From: Flavobacteriales bacterium
GTDB lineage: Bacteria > Bacteroidota > Bacteroidia > Palsa-965
Assembly: GCA_040377305.1 (NCBI GenBank)
Contig: JBEIPA010000006.1
Location: 4,177 to 68,176, forward strand
Direction: 5' to 3'
DNA length: 64,000 bases
Each line of letters begins with the position of its first letter. The first letter of the stretch is position 1. Positions 36,527 through 47,544 of the stretch are shown piece after piece. Below the pieces are notes generated by a model. It had not been told where the DNA came from. It saw nothing but the letters and a program-made list of their open reading frames with translations, and did no database searches. The translations under genes were made by a program, and so were the position numbers.

Positions 36527-38386
36527 TCAAAACACAATTTTTACATCTTCTTTATAATTCTGCAGTGTTCCATTCAAACTTGCTGTCCATCCGTCAATAA
36601 ATACTTTGCCATTTTTAAGGGCATTTGAATAATCGTCACTGGCAATTTTCTCACTGTTGGTTATGTAATAATGATGGCCGATTTTGTAAATGCAATCCTT
36701 AACCACTTCTTCAGGAACTTGAGTTGGTTCGTCTAAACCAACGGTGAATACCATATTGTAAATACGACTTAAAGCATCAGTTTCGTTTTCAGTTATTGAG
36801 ATTTGCCCTTGATCATCCACTTTTAATTTTGGTGCTTCCACGCTATCAAAAACCTTGAAGCCAATATCAGGAACTTGTTTTTTATCCTCATCAAACAATC
36901 CTGCTTTACTGTTTTCCTCTTCAATGTGTTGAGCAATCTTTTCACCTGCACGTTTCAAACGTTCAATTGTTATACTTGAAATAACCGGTGATAAATTATT
37001 TGCTACACAAAAGTCATAAGAATCTTTGTTTTTGACTGGATTAATAGGTTCATCTATTTGACACAAAATAAACTTCCGGTTACCACCATCTTCGGCATTA
37101 ACCTGTATAACTGCATGGCCTGTTGATCCTGAACCCGCAAAGAAGTCAAGAATTATTCCGTCTTTACCGCTCATTTGTATTATTTGCTCAATCAACTCAA
37201 CTGATTTAGGAGTTTCAAAAACAACTACGCCATCAAACAATTCTTTAATTTTGTTCTTTGCAGTCTCTGTAGTGCCTACGTCTTCTGCGAATAATATAGA
37301 TTCAGGAGTCAAACCTCTTTCTTTTGCTTCTAAGTAGGTCTTAACTCTTGGCACTCCATTCCCATCCTTACCGAACCAAATTCTTTTATCCTTAATTGCT
37401 TCATCCATCACATTTTCTGTATAAAGCCAGCACCTACCGCTTTCAAGTTTATGTATTTTCCCATTCGGCGCTTTTAGGTCATAGAATTGCGATTTAGTTC
37501 CATGGCCAGCTTGAGCAGTTGCAGGGTCTGACTTCCAAAGCCCTCTTGGATCATTGTCAGGATTCTTATAGTTGGACAATGCCTTTTCACTCATTGGAGT
37601 TTGGCTAATAGACCGGACACCTTCAATCTGGTTTTTTGAATAACATAAGATGTAGTCATGCCTGTTTGAAACAACTTTTCTATTTTCCCTGTTTGTTCTT
37701 TTCTCCCAAATAAAAGTGGCAATAAAATTCTCCTCACCGAAAATATCATCACAAAGTAATTTCAGATTAGCTTGTTCGTTATCATCGATGCTAATAAAAA
37801 TAACACCATCTTTTCTTAATAAGTCTTTAGATAATAAAAGGCGCGGATACATAAACGCTAACCAACCGTTGTGGCTCTTTTTAGTTCTAAAGCTAAAATC
37901 CATTCGAGCAAAATCACTTTCATCCAAGTTAGCCATGCCCAAAACTTCCGCTTCTTCTTTGTCAAACTTATCAGGATAAACAAATTCGTCGCTTTCAGTA
38001 TTGTATGGTGGATCTATATAAATGCACTTCACTTGTCCGCTGTAATAATTTTTTAGAATCTTTAAGCTATCCAAATTGTCACCCTTCAGCACCAAATTTT
38101 TTGTTGTTTCAATACTCTTGCTCAATGTGGGATTTAGGTGGAGTTCTTTATCAGTTTTTTGGTCATATTTAGCTCTGGCAAAGTTTCTTCCGACAAAATT
38201 TAATCCGTAACCGTTTACTTTTTCATCAATTGGTAAACCCAATGCGGCCTTTAGTTCCTCTATATTTAGTTCGGTGTCGCGTATTACATTAGGGAAGTTC
38301 TCTTTCAGAAAACTCAACAATATGTTTTCGCGGGCTTCTGTTCCAACAACTGTAAATCCTGCTTTTATAAAATCTTGTTCTGCCAT
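36527..38386 (-). CDS. mod: Type III restriction-modification system methyltransferase (Mod), N6-adenine
   Basis: IYIDPPYNTESD (DPPY motif IV) and FFAGSGSTGHAV (motif I). Immediately upstream of a Res gene. Confidence 0.9.
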   Translation of the reverse strand: MAEQDFIKAGFTVVGTEARENILLSFLKENFPNVIRDTELNIEELKAALGLPIDEKVNGYGLNFVGRNFARAKYDQKTDKELHLNPTLSKSIETTKNLVLKGDNLDSLKILKNYYSGQVKCIYIDPPYNTESDEFVYPDKFDKEEAEVLGMANLDESDFARMDFSFRTKKSHNGWLAFMYPRLLLSKDLLRKDGVIFISIDDNEQANLKLLCDDIFGEENFIATFIWEKRTNRENRKVVSNRHDYILCYSKNQIEGVRSISQTPMSEKALSNYKNPDNDPRGLWKSDPATAQAGHGTKSQFYDLKAPNGKIHKLESGRCWLYTENVMDEAIKDKRIWFGKDGNGVPRVKTYLEAKERGLTPESILFAEDVGTTETAKNKIKELFDGVVVFETPKSVELIEQIIQMSGKDGIILDFFAGSGSTGHAVIQVNAEDGGNRKFILCQIDEPINPVKNKDSYDFCVANNLSPVISSITIERLKRAGEKIAQHIEEENSKAGLFDEDKKQVPDIGFKVFDSVEAPKLKVDDQGQISITENETDALSRIYNMVFTVGLDEPTQVPEEVVKDCIYKIGHHYYITNSEKIASDDYSNALKNGKVFIDGWTASLNGTLQNYKEDVKIVF

Positions 38387-38390
38387 TGTT

Positions 38391-41312
38391 TTATGCGTTG
38401 TTTATCAAAGCCGCTAATTGCGTTTTGTTGATACGTTCTTTGTATGATATTTTTATATTTTGTCCTTTGTAGTGTTCGCCCAATGCCTCAAAATATTTTT
38501 TTGCAAAATCGATTTTCTCTTTTTCATCTACGGGTATTGCGGTCGACGATTTGTAGCCTTTAGCTTCTACTACAAGAAATATTTTGTTTCCTCCTGAGCT
38601 TTTGACTGCATAGCAAAAGTCCGGGTTGTAATCGCCCAAAGGCGTTTTTATTTTTAGGCGCGGAAGTTTGCCAAAAATTTCAATACTGTCAACATCAGGG
38701 TCTTGCTCCACAATTTCCAATTCAAAATCGCTGTCGTATTCAATCACATCTTCAAATATCCATTTGTTTTTCAAAGAAAAATCACCTGCAATGTCTTTTT
38801 GAAATTTGCCAACGCTTCCTGTGTCCAAGTATGTTCTTCCATTTTCGTTCTTAAATACGTTTGGCAGACCGGTTCCGTTAATCCCGTCGTACTTGATATT
38901 CGCCTTGAGTATTGCAATTAAGTTCTTATTGATTATTTGTGTAATTTCTCTTTGGGCTTGTTCAGGATTGTTGCACAGCATCTTATTCTTGAAATCATCA
39001 CTCAGAGCATTGAATACCTTTACAACAAATGAAATAGGTGTTTTGGTCTTGTTTGCTAAAGTGTGAACCAATTCTAGATAATTAATTTTGCTTTTGTAAG
39101 AAGCTGTCTCCGTTAGTCTTTCTGTTATCGCACCTTGTTCACCAATCTTGTTCACGTTTAGTTCAGCACGAATGGTCTGCAACAGAATTTCTTCAATGTT
39201 TACGGCTTCTATCTGCACTTTTATGTTTTGTATCAATTGTTTTTCTTGTGAATCACTTAAAGTTTCTAGCACATAAAAAGCATTTTTGTTGATAGCGTTC
39301 CATAGGTTTTGAAACTCTTCCAGGTGGGTTGCTTTAATAAAAACCTTCTTTTTGGGTTTAATTTTTTTAGCATCCTGAATGTATTTGTTTGCATCAGTTG
39401 CAAACAAGCTTTCAATCGCTTTAACTTGCTCTTCGGGCAAATTTTGTTCCTTCAGTATTGCAGTGAACTCGGGTGACTTTTCATAAATCTTTTGTCCGTC
39501 AACAATTGCCTTTCTAACAATCATTTTCTTCTCCTTCAACACATCATCAACTAACGTAATGATTGTATCATCATCGAAGCCCGATTTTTCTTTAAGGGTT
39601 TTAATCAGTTCTTGCTCTGTAAATGTTTCGGAAATTAAGAATGAATTACTTAATATTTCGTTTTGAATAGCTTCAACAAAACCTTGTTCCTTACTTGAGA
39701 CAACCACATCGAGGTTGTTGATTTTCCAAAAAGCCTCTTGGTCGTCATTCAGGTTTTTAAGTGTATATCGTTGCAAATTTTGATTCACACAAATGCGTAA
39801 TCCTCTTCCAATTTGTTGAAGCTTCGATATTTCACTTCCTTGATTGGATAGTTTACATATTGTAAACACATTCGGATTATCCCAACCTTCCTGCAAAGCC
39901 CAAATAGAGAAAATGAAACGTGTGGGACTTTCAAACGAAAGCAACTTCTTTTTGTCTTTTAGAATTTCATCAACCCCTGCTTTGACTTTTTCGTCAGCAT
40001 TTCCCTTGTCACCGGAAAAATAACCTTTGTGCACTTGCAAAGAGTTGTCACTGTCAAAATCGTTTTGCAGGTATTTTTTATACTCACATGTTTGATCAAG
40101 TTTGCTTACAAGTGCGGAGTATTGCTTTTTGTATTCTTCTTCAAATATGTTTTTTACTTTTGGTTTTTCGCCACGAAACAAACTGGTGTCTGCTTCCATA
40201 AAAAACAAGGTGAGTGCTTTTACGCCTTGCTCAAACAGTGATTTTTCCTTCTCAAAATGTATTTTTATTGTTTCTCTGATCATTGCCCGCAATGACTCGT
40301 CAGATAAAGAATAATCAACCTTTTCTATGGTGTCGTCCGCTAGAACAATGGTGTCTTTGTTTATTTTTTTAATGCTTTTGCCGTTGAATATTGCACCAAT
40401 CCCAGATACTCGCGGCACTACAATTCCGTTGGTTAGAGTGTTTACGTACGCCATATATTTTGAGCTAACCTTTTCTATGCCAACTAGCGTATCTGTGTTT
40501 TCAACTACGTCCTGAGTGTAAACCACGATTTTCTTTACCAGGTTTTGTCGGAAAGAAGAAATGCTGTCCAATACATACGCCACGTTTGATAATGGCAAAC
40601 TGTCTTTCTTCTTTGGAAATGTAGCTCCAAAACGCAAATAGTAATTGTCAAACCCTTCAAAATAGGTTTTAAAGGCATTGCCTTCAAAACGGTGAGGTTC
40701 GTCCATTATCACAATCGGTTTTAAGCGTTTCAAACATTCTAAATACGATTTTGGCGTATCCTGATTATTTACAAATAGTTCTGGTGCGTTCATTTCTCTT
40801 TCCAACGGACGATTCAGAATGTTGTCTTTGCTATTAAATGAACTTGGTGTCATCACCAATACCGATAAATGCGAAGCGCCAATAAATTGTTTAACCGCGG
40901 AAAGGTTTCCGCCTTCGTAAACGAATGCTTCAATTTCCTTTTCTCTTTCGTTAGCGTAAAAACTCTTAAAATAATTTTTGGTATCCTCTAGATTTGTTTT
41001 TGTACCCTCGCGAATTGGAACGGTAGGAATAAGAATGATAAACTTCTTGTAGCCAAAGTTTTTACTCAGCTCAAAAATGGATTTTATAAACGTGAACGTT
41101 TTTCCCGTTCCCGTTTCCATCATTATGTCAACGTTTTTGTTGTCCTGAACTGGAAAATTGTATTTGTTCCTTTTATGGTGGGCCGTCAGCACATCATCAA
41201 AATTTTGTTTTTGGCGAAGGCTTTCAAAAAGACTGATAATGCTATTTACGCAGTCTTCCTGATAGGTTTGTATTTCGTATTGAAACTGTTTTGCTTCTGT
41301 TCTTGTCGTCAT
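38391..41312 (-). CDS. res: Type III restriction endonuclease Res subunit (SF2 helicase + PD-(D/E)xK nuclease)
   Basis: METGTGKT Walker A and VIMDEPHRF (DEPH box). The C-terminal DFCYAV...VVEAKGY is nuclease-like. 973 aa. Confidence 0.9.
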   Translation of the reverse strand: MTTRTEAKQFQYEIQTYQEDCVNSIISLFESLRQKQNFDDVLTAHHKRNKYNFPVQDNKNVDIMMETGTGKTFTFIKSIFELSKNFGYKKFIILIPTVPIREGTKTNLEDTKNYFKSFYANEREKEIEAFVYEGGNLSAVKQFIGASHLSVLVMTPSSFNSKDNILNRPLEREMNAPELFVNNQDTPKSYLECLKRLKPIVIMDEPHRFEGNAFKTYFEGFDNYYLRFGATFPKKKDSLPLSNVAYVLDSISSFRQNLVKKIVVYTQDVVENTDTLVGIEKVSSKYMAYVNTLTNGIVVPRVSGIGAIFNGKSIKKINKDTIVLADDTIEKVDYSLSDESLRAMIRETIKIHFEKEKSLFEQGVKALTLFFMEADTSLFRGEKPKVKNIFEEEYKKQYSALVSKLDQTCEYKKYLQNDFDSDNSLQVHKGYFSGDKGNADEKVKAGVDEILKDKKKLLSFESPTRFIFSIWALQEGWDNPNVFTICKLSNQGSEISKLQQIGRGLRICVNQNLQRYTLKNLNDDQEAFWKINNLDVVVSSKEQGFVEAIQNEILSNSFLISETFTEQELIKTLKEKSGFDDDTIITLVDDVLKEKKMIVRKAIVDGQKIYEKSPEFTAILKEQNLPEEQVKAIESLFATDANKYIQDAKKIKPKKKVFIKATHLEEFQNLWNAINKNAFYVLETLSDSQEKQLIQNIKVQIEAVNIEEILLQTIRAELNVNKIGEQGAITERLTETASYKSKINYLELVHTLANKTKTPISFVVKVFNALSDDFKNKMLCNNPEQAQREITQIINKNLIAILKANIKYDGINGTGLPNVFKNENGRTYLDTGSVGKFQKDIAGDFSLKNKWIFEDVIEYDSDFELEIVEQDPDVDSIEIFGKLPRLKIKTPLGDYNPDFCYAVKSSGGNKIFLVVEAKGYKSSTAIPVDEKEKIDFAKKYFEALGEHYKGQNIKISYKERINKTQLAALINNA

Positions 41313-41518
41313 TTGTTACTTCGATTTCCAGTTGTCGAACCGGCATGCTTGGCGACTGTTTATAGCGGATAATTCACATCTGAAAATTAGCAAATAAAAC
41401 TGTCCCGTGTCAACGAAATAGACGCATCATTCATCATAATCGATGTACTCTAAAAACGGCTAACTGCGAACTCCTGACCAGCGAACCGAGCACTAATCAA
41501 TACCCCAACACCAGCCCC

Positions 41519-41536
41519 TCCCGATAGCTATCGGGA
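41519..41536. repeat. second copy of palindrome tcccgatagctatcggga; right boundary repeat of the R-M island
   Basis: Identical 18-mer to 34431-34448. Confidence 0.8.
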
Positions 41537-41592
41537 CATCTCTCCGCCCCCTCAAACTCCATCCCCTTCCCTTTCATCAGCATATCAACTAA

Positions 41593-44500
41593 TCAATAAC
41601 CGAGCACAGGCCCAAGCCACCGCTCTGCAATTTCAAAACTCATCCCTTTCCTCTTCCCATACTCCTCCACCTGCTCCTTCGTAATTTTTCCCACTCCAAA
41701 ATAATGCGCATCCTTCGGAGAGAAATACATTCCGCTTACTGCCGCAGTTGGAACCATGGCTTTGCTTTCGGTGAGCACTAATCCGATTTGATTTTCTGCA
41801 TCGAGCAAACGGAAGAGCTCATCTTTCTCGGTGTGATCGGGTTGTGCAGGATAGCCCGGTGCAGGACGAATGCCTGCGTACGCCTCTTTGATGAGATCGT
41901 CGTTGGAGAGATTTTCGTCTTTCGCGTAACCCCAGAATTCTTTACGCACACGTTCATGCAGGTGTTCTGCAAATGCTTCTGCTAAACGATCGGCCAATGC
42001 TTTCAGCATGATCGCACTGTAGTCGTCGTGGTTCTTTTCGAACTCCGCGACTTTTTCGTCAATGCCGAAACCGGTGCAGACTGCAAAGCCGCCTATGTAA
42101 TCGTTCAAGCCCTCAGGTGCAAGAAAATCAGAAAGCGCAACGTTGTAATGACCGGTCGGCTTTTGTGTTTGCTGACGGATCGCCTGGAATTTCGCTGCGA
42201 TATTTTTTCGTGATGCGTCGGTGAATACCTGCATCTCGTCATCGTTCGCGGTATTCGCCGGCCAGAAACCGATGACAGCACGCGCGGTGAGCCATTTCTC
42301 TTCGATGATTTTCTTCAGCATCGCCTGCGCATCGTTGAAGAGCTTCGTTGCTTCTGCTCCGCGTTCTACATCTTTCAGAATGCGCGGATAGCTTCCTTTC
42401 ATTTCCCAGGAGATGAAGAACGGCGTCCAGTCGATGTAAGGAACGAGTGTCTTCAGCGGATAATCATCCAAAACTTTTGTTCCGTTGAATGTCGGCTCTA
42501 CAAACGTGTGCTTGCTCCAGTCGACCGGAAATTTATTTCTGCGCGCTTCTGCCAGCGAGATAAATTTATTCTGACTCTGCGCACGGGCATTCTGCTCACG
42601 CACACGATCGTAATCTTCATTGACCTGCACCATGAACGGACCACGAAGCTCTTTCGAAATCAAACTCTGCAGAACAGGCACAGATCGCGAAGCATCATGC
42701 ACATGAACAACAGCATGCTTGTAGTGCGGAGATATTTTCACCGCGGTGTGAACTTTCGAAGTAGTCGCACCACCAATCAACAGCGGAACTTCCAATCCAA
42801 CACGCTGCATCTCTTTCGCCATGTGTACCATTTCATCCAGCGATGGTGTAATCAATCCGCTGAGACCAATGATGTCGACTTTTTCTTTCTTCGCCATGTC
42901 GATGATGCGATCAGCCGCCACCATCACACCCATGTCAATGATTTCATAATTGTTGCACGCGAGTACAACGCCCACAATATTTTTTCCGATGTCGTGTACG
43001 TCGCCTTTCACAGTCGCAAGCAAAACTTTTCCTGCCGACTTTCCTTCACCGGCTACTTTCTCCGCTTCGAGATACGGTGTGAGATACGCCACGGCTTTCT
43101 TCATCACACGCGCACTCTTCACCACTTGCGGCAAAAACATCTTTCCGGCACCGAATAAATCACCGACTACGTTCATGCCGTCCATCAACGGACCTTCAAT
43201 CACGTGCAGCGATTTCGGAAACTGCTTACGCGCTTCTTCTACATCTTCGTCGATGTGATCAACAATTCCCTTTACCAATGCGTGAGTCAATCGTTCGGTA
43301 ACTGTTCCGTTTCTCCACGCTGTATCTTTCTCTGCTTTCTTGCCTGCTCCTTCGCCTTTTACTTTTTCAGCGTAAGTGATCAGACGTTCAGTTGCGTCAT
43401 CGCGACGATCAAGCAAAACATCTTCAACGAGGTCGAGCAGTTCTTTTGGAATATTATCATACACCTGCAGCTGACCGGGATTTACAATGCCCATGTCCAT
43501 GCCGTTCTTCACCGCATGATACAGGAACGCAGAGTGAATCGCTTCACGCACGTGATCATTTCCGCGGAAAGAGAAAGAAACGTTACTCACGCCTCCACTC
43601 ACTTTTGCATGCGGAAGATTTTCTTTAATCCACTTCGTTGCATTGAAAAAGTCGAGCGCGTTTTTTCGGTGCTCATCCATTCCTGTCGCGACAGGAAAAA
43701 TATTCGGATCGAAAATGATATCCTGTGGAGGGAAGTGCACCTGATTCACGAGAATATCATAAGCGCGCTTACAGATTTCAATTCTGCGCTCATACGTGTC
43801 GGCCTGACCTTTTTCATCGAATGCCATTACGATTACAGCGGCGCCGTACTTGCGCACGATGTGTGCCTGACGAATGAACTCCGCTTCTCCTTCTTTCATG
43901 GAGATGGAATTCACAATCGCTTTTCCTTGCACGCATTTCAGTCCGGCTTCAATCACATGAAACTTCGAAGAGTCGAGCATGATTGGCACACGAGCAATAT
44001 CCGGTTCTGCTGCAACGAGATTCAGGAAGCGAACCATAGCCGCTTGAGAATCCAACATGCCTTCATCCATGTTGATGTCGATCACCTGTGCACCGCCTTC
44101 AACCTGGTCGCGTGCAATGGCGAGTGCTTCATCGTATTTCGAATCGATGATGAGCTTTGCAAATTTACGTGAGCCGGTAACGTTGGTACGTTCACCCACG
44201 TTCATGAAATTCGAATCGGGACGCAATGTCACCGGTTCGAGTCCGCTCAAACGTAAATACGGATCTATGTATGGAACCGGTCGTGGATTCGTTCCGTTCG
44301 CAATTTCAGCAATGCGTTTGATGTGCGCCGGAGTTGTTCCGCAACAACCACCAATGATGTTGATGAATCCGCTGTCCAGAAAATCGCGGATCTTCTCGCC
44401 CATCTGTTCCGGAGTTTCATCGTATTCTCCAAACTGATTCGGTAATCCTGCATTCGGATAACAGCTCACGAAGAACGGAGCCTTGTCGGCAATCTCTTCC

Positions 44501-45288
44501 ATGAACGGACGCATCTGTTCTGCACCGAGTGCGCAATTCAATCCAACGCTGAGCAAGTCAACGTGAGAAATTGAATTCAGAAATGCTTCTGTCGTTTGTC
44601 CCGATAACGTTCTTCCGCTTGCATCTGTGATTGTACCTGAAACCATCACCGGCAAACGTTTTCCCGTTTCTTCCTGCAAAGTCTGCACAGCAAACAAAGC
44701 GGCTTTCGAATTCAATGTATCAAAAACAGTTTCGATCAGGAACAGATCAACTCCACCTTCCAGTAAAGCACGTGCCTCTTCAAGGTAAGCTGCAACGAGT
44801 TCGTCAAAAGAAACACCACGGAAACCGGGATCATTTACATCCGGCGACAATGAAGCAGTTCTGTTTGTAGGACCTATTGCACCTGCAACCCAACGGTGCT
44901 TCTTCGCCCGCCCGCCTTCGGCATTCGGGTGAAGATTTTCCGCAATGAATTTATCAGCAGCTTTTCGCGCAATCTTCGCTGCTTCCACGTTCATCTCATA
45001 ACAGATTTCCTGCATGTGATAATCGGCCATGGAAATGCGGTTGGCATTGAACGTATTCGTCTCAATGATATCCGCACCTGCCGCGAGATATTCGCAGTGT
45101 ATGTCGTAAATAATTTTCGGTTGTGTGAGAACGAGCAAATCGTTGTTGCCTTTCAGGTCGTGTTTCCAGTCCTTGAAACGTTCTCCGCGGTAATCTGCTT
45201 CTTCCAACTTGTAACGTTGGATCATCGTGCCCATTGCACCATCGATGATGAGCACGCGCTTTTCTAATTCTTTTCTGATGTCTGTCAT
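41593..45288 (-). CDS. metH: cobalamin-dependent methionine synthase
   Basis: ATG at 45288 gives [24 protein letters not shown] (Hcy-binding). Pterin-binding barrel. B12-binding [12 protein letters not shown]-terminal AdoMet reactivation domain. About 1230 aa. Confidence 0.95.
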   Translation of the reverse strand: MTDIRKELEKRVLIIDGAMGTMIQRYKLEEADYRGERFKDWKHDLKGNNDLLVLTQPKIIYDIHCEYLAAGADIIETNTFNANRISMADYHMQEICYEMNVEAAKIARKAADKFIAENLHPNAEGGRAKKHRWVAGAIGPTNRTASLSPDVNDPGFRGVSFDELVAAYLEEARALLEGGVDLFLIETVFDTLNSKAALFAVQTLQEETGKRLPVMVSGTITDASGRTLSGQTTEAFLNSISHVDLLSVGLNCALGAEQMRPFMEEIADKAPFFVSCYPNAGLPNQFGEYDETPEQMGEKIRDFLDSGFINIIGGCCGTTPAHIKRIAEIANGTNPRPVPYIDPYLRLSGLEPVTLRPDSNFMNVGERTNVTGSRKFAKLIIDSKYDEALAIARDQVEGGAQVIDINMDEGMLDSQAAMVRFLNLVAAEPDIARVPIMLDSSKFHVIEAGLKCVQGKAIVNSISMKEGEAEFIRQAHIVRKYGAAVIVMAFDEKGQADTYERRIEICKRAYDILVNQVHFPPQDIIFDPNIFPVATGMDEHRKNALDFFNATKWIKENLPHAKVSGGVSNVSFSFRGNDHVREAIHSAFLYHAVKNGMDMGIVNPGQLQVYDNIPKELLDLVEDVLLDRRDDATERLITYAEKVKGEGAGKKAEKDTAWRNGTVTERLTHALVKGIVDHIDEDVEEARKQFPKSLHVIEGPLMDGMNVVGDLFGAGKMFLPQVVKSARVMKKAVAYLTPYLEAEKVAGEGKSAGKVLLATVKGDVHDIGKNIVGVVLACNNYEIIDMGVMVAADRIIDMAKKEKVDIIGLSGLITPSLDEMVHMAKEMQRVGLEVPLLIGGATTSKVHTAVKISPHYKHAVVHVHDASRSVPVLQSLISKELRGPFMVQVNEDYDRVREQNARAQSQNKFISLAEARRNKFPVDWSKHTFVEPTFNGTKVLDDYPLKTLVPYIDWTPFFISWEMKGSYPRILKDVERGAEATKLFNDAQAMLKKIIEEKWLTARAVIGFWPANTANDDEMQVFTDASRKNIAAKFQAIRQQTQKPTGHYNVALSDFLAPEGLNDYIGGFAVCTGFGIDEKVAEFEKNHDDYSAIMLKALADRLAEAFAEHLHERVRKEFWGYAKDENLSNDDLIKEAYAGIRPAPGYPAQPDHTEKDELFRLLDAENQIGLVLTESKAMVPTAAVSGMYFSPKDAHYFGVGKITKEQVEEYGKRKGMSFEIAERWLGPVLGY

Positions 45289-45343
45289 AAATAGTTCTGT
45301 CTTCTCCTGCGTGTCGTAATTACGCTTCGCCTCACTTGTCATC

Positions 45344-45408
45344 CTTCGGCTACGCTCAGTATGACAAGGATCTCGATACACGATTTGTCAGACTGAGCGT
45401 AGCCGAAG
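45344..45408 (-). promoter_or_regulatory. perfect 17-bp stem hairpin in the metH 5' leader (possible attenuator/riboswitch-like element)
   Basis: cttcggctacgctcagt / actgagcgtagccgaag. An alternative pairing partner cttgtcat / atgacaag sits immediately adjacent. It is 55-120 nt upstream of the metH ATG. Confidence 0.4.
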
Positions 45409-45616
45409 TTTGATAAATCGGCGCCGCACAAAAAAGAAAATCCCTACTGTTTAGTCAGAAGGGATCGTTGATATATCAAGGAGTTTAGCTTCTGACTTAT
45501 CTGTAACAGACGGGAGAAAGGAGACAGGAGACGGGCGTGCTGAGTGTGGTTAACACAACATTCCATCTTCATCTCAAAACTCCTCTGCGTCTGTAGCAGG
45601 AATTGGCACCTTCTTC

Positions 45617-45729
45617 GCCAGTAGGCAGTAGTGCAGTCTTGCAGTAGGCAGTCAAAAAGCGAAGCAGGAATTATTCCTGACCACTATTTCTCGACTGCCA
45701 ACTGCCCTACTGCCCCACTGCCTACTGGC
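45617..45729. repeat. GCAGTA/CTACTGC hexamer-repeat hairpin (37-bp imperfect arms)
   Basis: gccagtaggcagtagtgcagtcttgcagtaggcagtc versus gactgccaactgccctactgccccactgcctactggc. Same family as 7673-7797. Confidence 0.65.
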
Positions 45730-45836
45730 ACAGGGTTGCCAAGGCATCATCGGGCACGGTCCCTCCGCCTTTCTGGATAAGTTGTTGGAAAAGAACTGGG
45801 GCAAAGATAAGAAATGGACTTTTACCAATGACAGAC

Positions 45837-47387
45837 TCAGTTACGAATCACTGGTTTTTGGGCGATTAATACCCCGTTTCGTTCGAGCAGGAGAAAATAC
45901 AAGCCCGGATTGAGAGCGCTCATGTCAATCTTGTGCTGGTCAGAACGTAATTGTTCATCCAGTACTGTTCTGCCCGTGACATCACATAACCGTATTCGCG
46001 TTTGTCCGTTACCTGAAATCGGTGTTGCAACAGTTATGATATCCTGTGTTGGATTCGGAAACACACGAAGCAATTCTGTTTCACGTTCCACATTTTGCTG
46101 AGTCGTCATCACACATATCGCACCTGGATTCAGCGTAGTTGATGTTGCAACTGTTGTAAGCACAATTGACGAGTCAGCTATTCCGATTGTTATGCTTGTT
46201 GCAAGACCGGGCGTGACATTTATGAATGTATCGGAAAGTATACTATCGTTGCAAAATGCGGCACCGAGACTATCTGTCTTCGTAATTACAATGCTGATAT
46301 CGGTGGCGGTTGTTCCATCATTACGAGAGGTAATGAACATGTAACCTCCGTCATTACTGCGTACGATTGACGGCTCCATGCCTCCGTTAAGATCCAGATA
46401 GGCTCTGGCCCAAATAGGATTACCGTTTAAATCTATTCGCCCCATAGCAATGTGACCGGTGTTTGCCAAATCACAGATCATGGTATAACCTCCTGCTACC
46501 GGCACCATCTGTGTCGCGACGAAAGAACTGCCAGCCAGATAAGCGCGAGCCCACATCGCAGTACCAAATGCATCGAACTGATACAGCGATGTGAATATGT
46601 ATCCGGTGTTAATTCCGCAGGTAATAAACGCACCAATCGAAGTTTCATGAATGTCGGTTTGACTGGCAGAATTGGGACAACGGTTACACCACAGGAGTAC
46701 TCCGGATGAACTTACTTTGAGCAGTATGCCGTCATATCCCAGGCGACCACCAGCAACAAAGTCACCGGTTGAAGCTTCAATAATTGTGTTCAACTCAACA
46801 TGCTCATTCCATCCAAAAGTTCTGGTCCACATCAGGTTGCCCACACTGTCTGTGCGCACAATGAATCCTTCACGGTATGTGCCGTTGGGATCGGCTGTCC
46901 GTCCGCAGGCAATGAACCCATGATCGGATGTTTCCTCTGCATCGTAAAATAAGCTGTAGCGTAAACCTGGATACAGCATCGACCAGAGTACATTTCCCTG
47001 TGCGTCTGTTTTGATTAAACGTGCAGAAGAAGTGTAATCCATTGTCACACTGTCCCGATGAAACCACATTGTTGCAACGGCAAAACCGGAATCATGTGTT
47101 TGGACTACGGTGTTGCCATCCGTAATTCCTGCTGACCAATTCGATTTCCGATACGTCTGCACCCACTCCTGCGAACCTGTTGAGTCAATCTTCACGAGGT
47201 AGCCGAAATTATTGTCCATCGGTGGCTGCAACTCGGCATCGGCACAGAAAACGTAACCGCCATCGTAAGTTTTCGTCAGGTTATGATGCGCACGCTCTCC
47301 CTGCAATTCGAATGCAACAGAAAATGGCTGTTGCGCATTTAATGCTGCTGACAACATAACCATAAGTAGGATGTAGCTCGATTTCAT
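45837..47387 (-). CDS. T9SS type-A CTD protein, probable beta-propeller
   Basis: Signal MKSSYILLMVMLSAALNAQ. The C-terminal VFPNPTQDIITVA...GLYFLLL is a sorting domain. Confidence 0.7.
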   Translation of the reverse strand: MKSSYILLMVMLSAALNAQQPFSVAFELQGERAHHNLTKTYDGGYVFCADAELQPPMDNNFGYLVKIDSTGSQEWVQTYRKSNWSAGITDGNTVVQTHDSGFAVATMWFHRDSVTMDYTSSARLIKTDAQGNVLWSMLYPGLRYSLFYDAEETSDHGFIACGRTADPNGTYREGFIVRTDSVGNLMWTRTFGWNEHVELNTIIEASTGDFVAGGRLGYDGILLKVSSSGVLLWCNRCPNSASQTDIHETSIGAFITCGINTGYIFTSLYQFDAFGTAMWARAYLAGSSFVATQMVPVAGGYTMICDLANTGHIAMGRIDLNGNPIWARAYLDLNGGMEPSIVRSNDGGYMFITSRNDGTTATDISIVITKTDSLGAAFCNDSILSDTFINVTPGLATSITIGIADSSIVLTTVATSTTLNPGAICVMTTQQNVERETELLRVFPNPTQDIITVATPISGNGQTRIRLCDVTGRTVLDEQLRSDQHKIDMSALNPGLYFLLLERNGVLIAQKPVIRN

Positions 47388-47544
47388 GGGTATGAAAGTT
47401 GCTTCAAGTTAGAAATAAGTCGCTAAACATCCTTTAACAAATCCATGCGAACGATGCCATACTTTCGGCGTAACTTAACGTATCTGATTGTAGTCCGTTT
47501 TTGTGGAATTTAGAGGATTTCACATCCTAACTTTTGCCTGCACG

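Noticed and set aside
42508-44172. Long plus-strand ORFs (216 aa and 322 aa) inside the metH region
   Set aside because: They are antisense shadows of the strongly supported metH coding frame. Their translations are low-complexity (Cys/His/Phe-rich) with no motifs.
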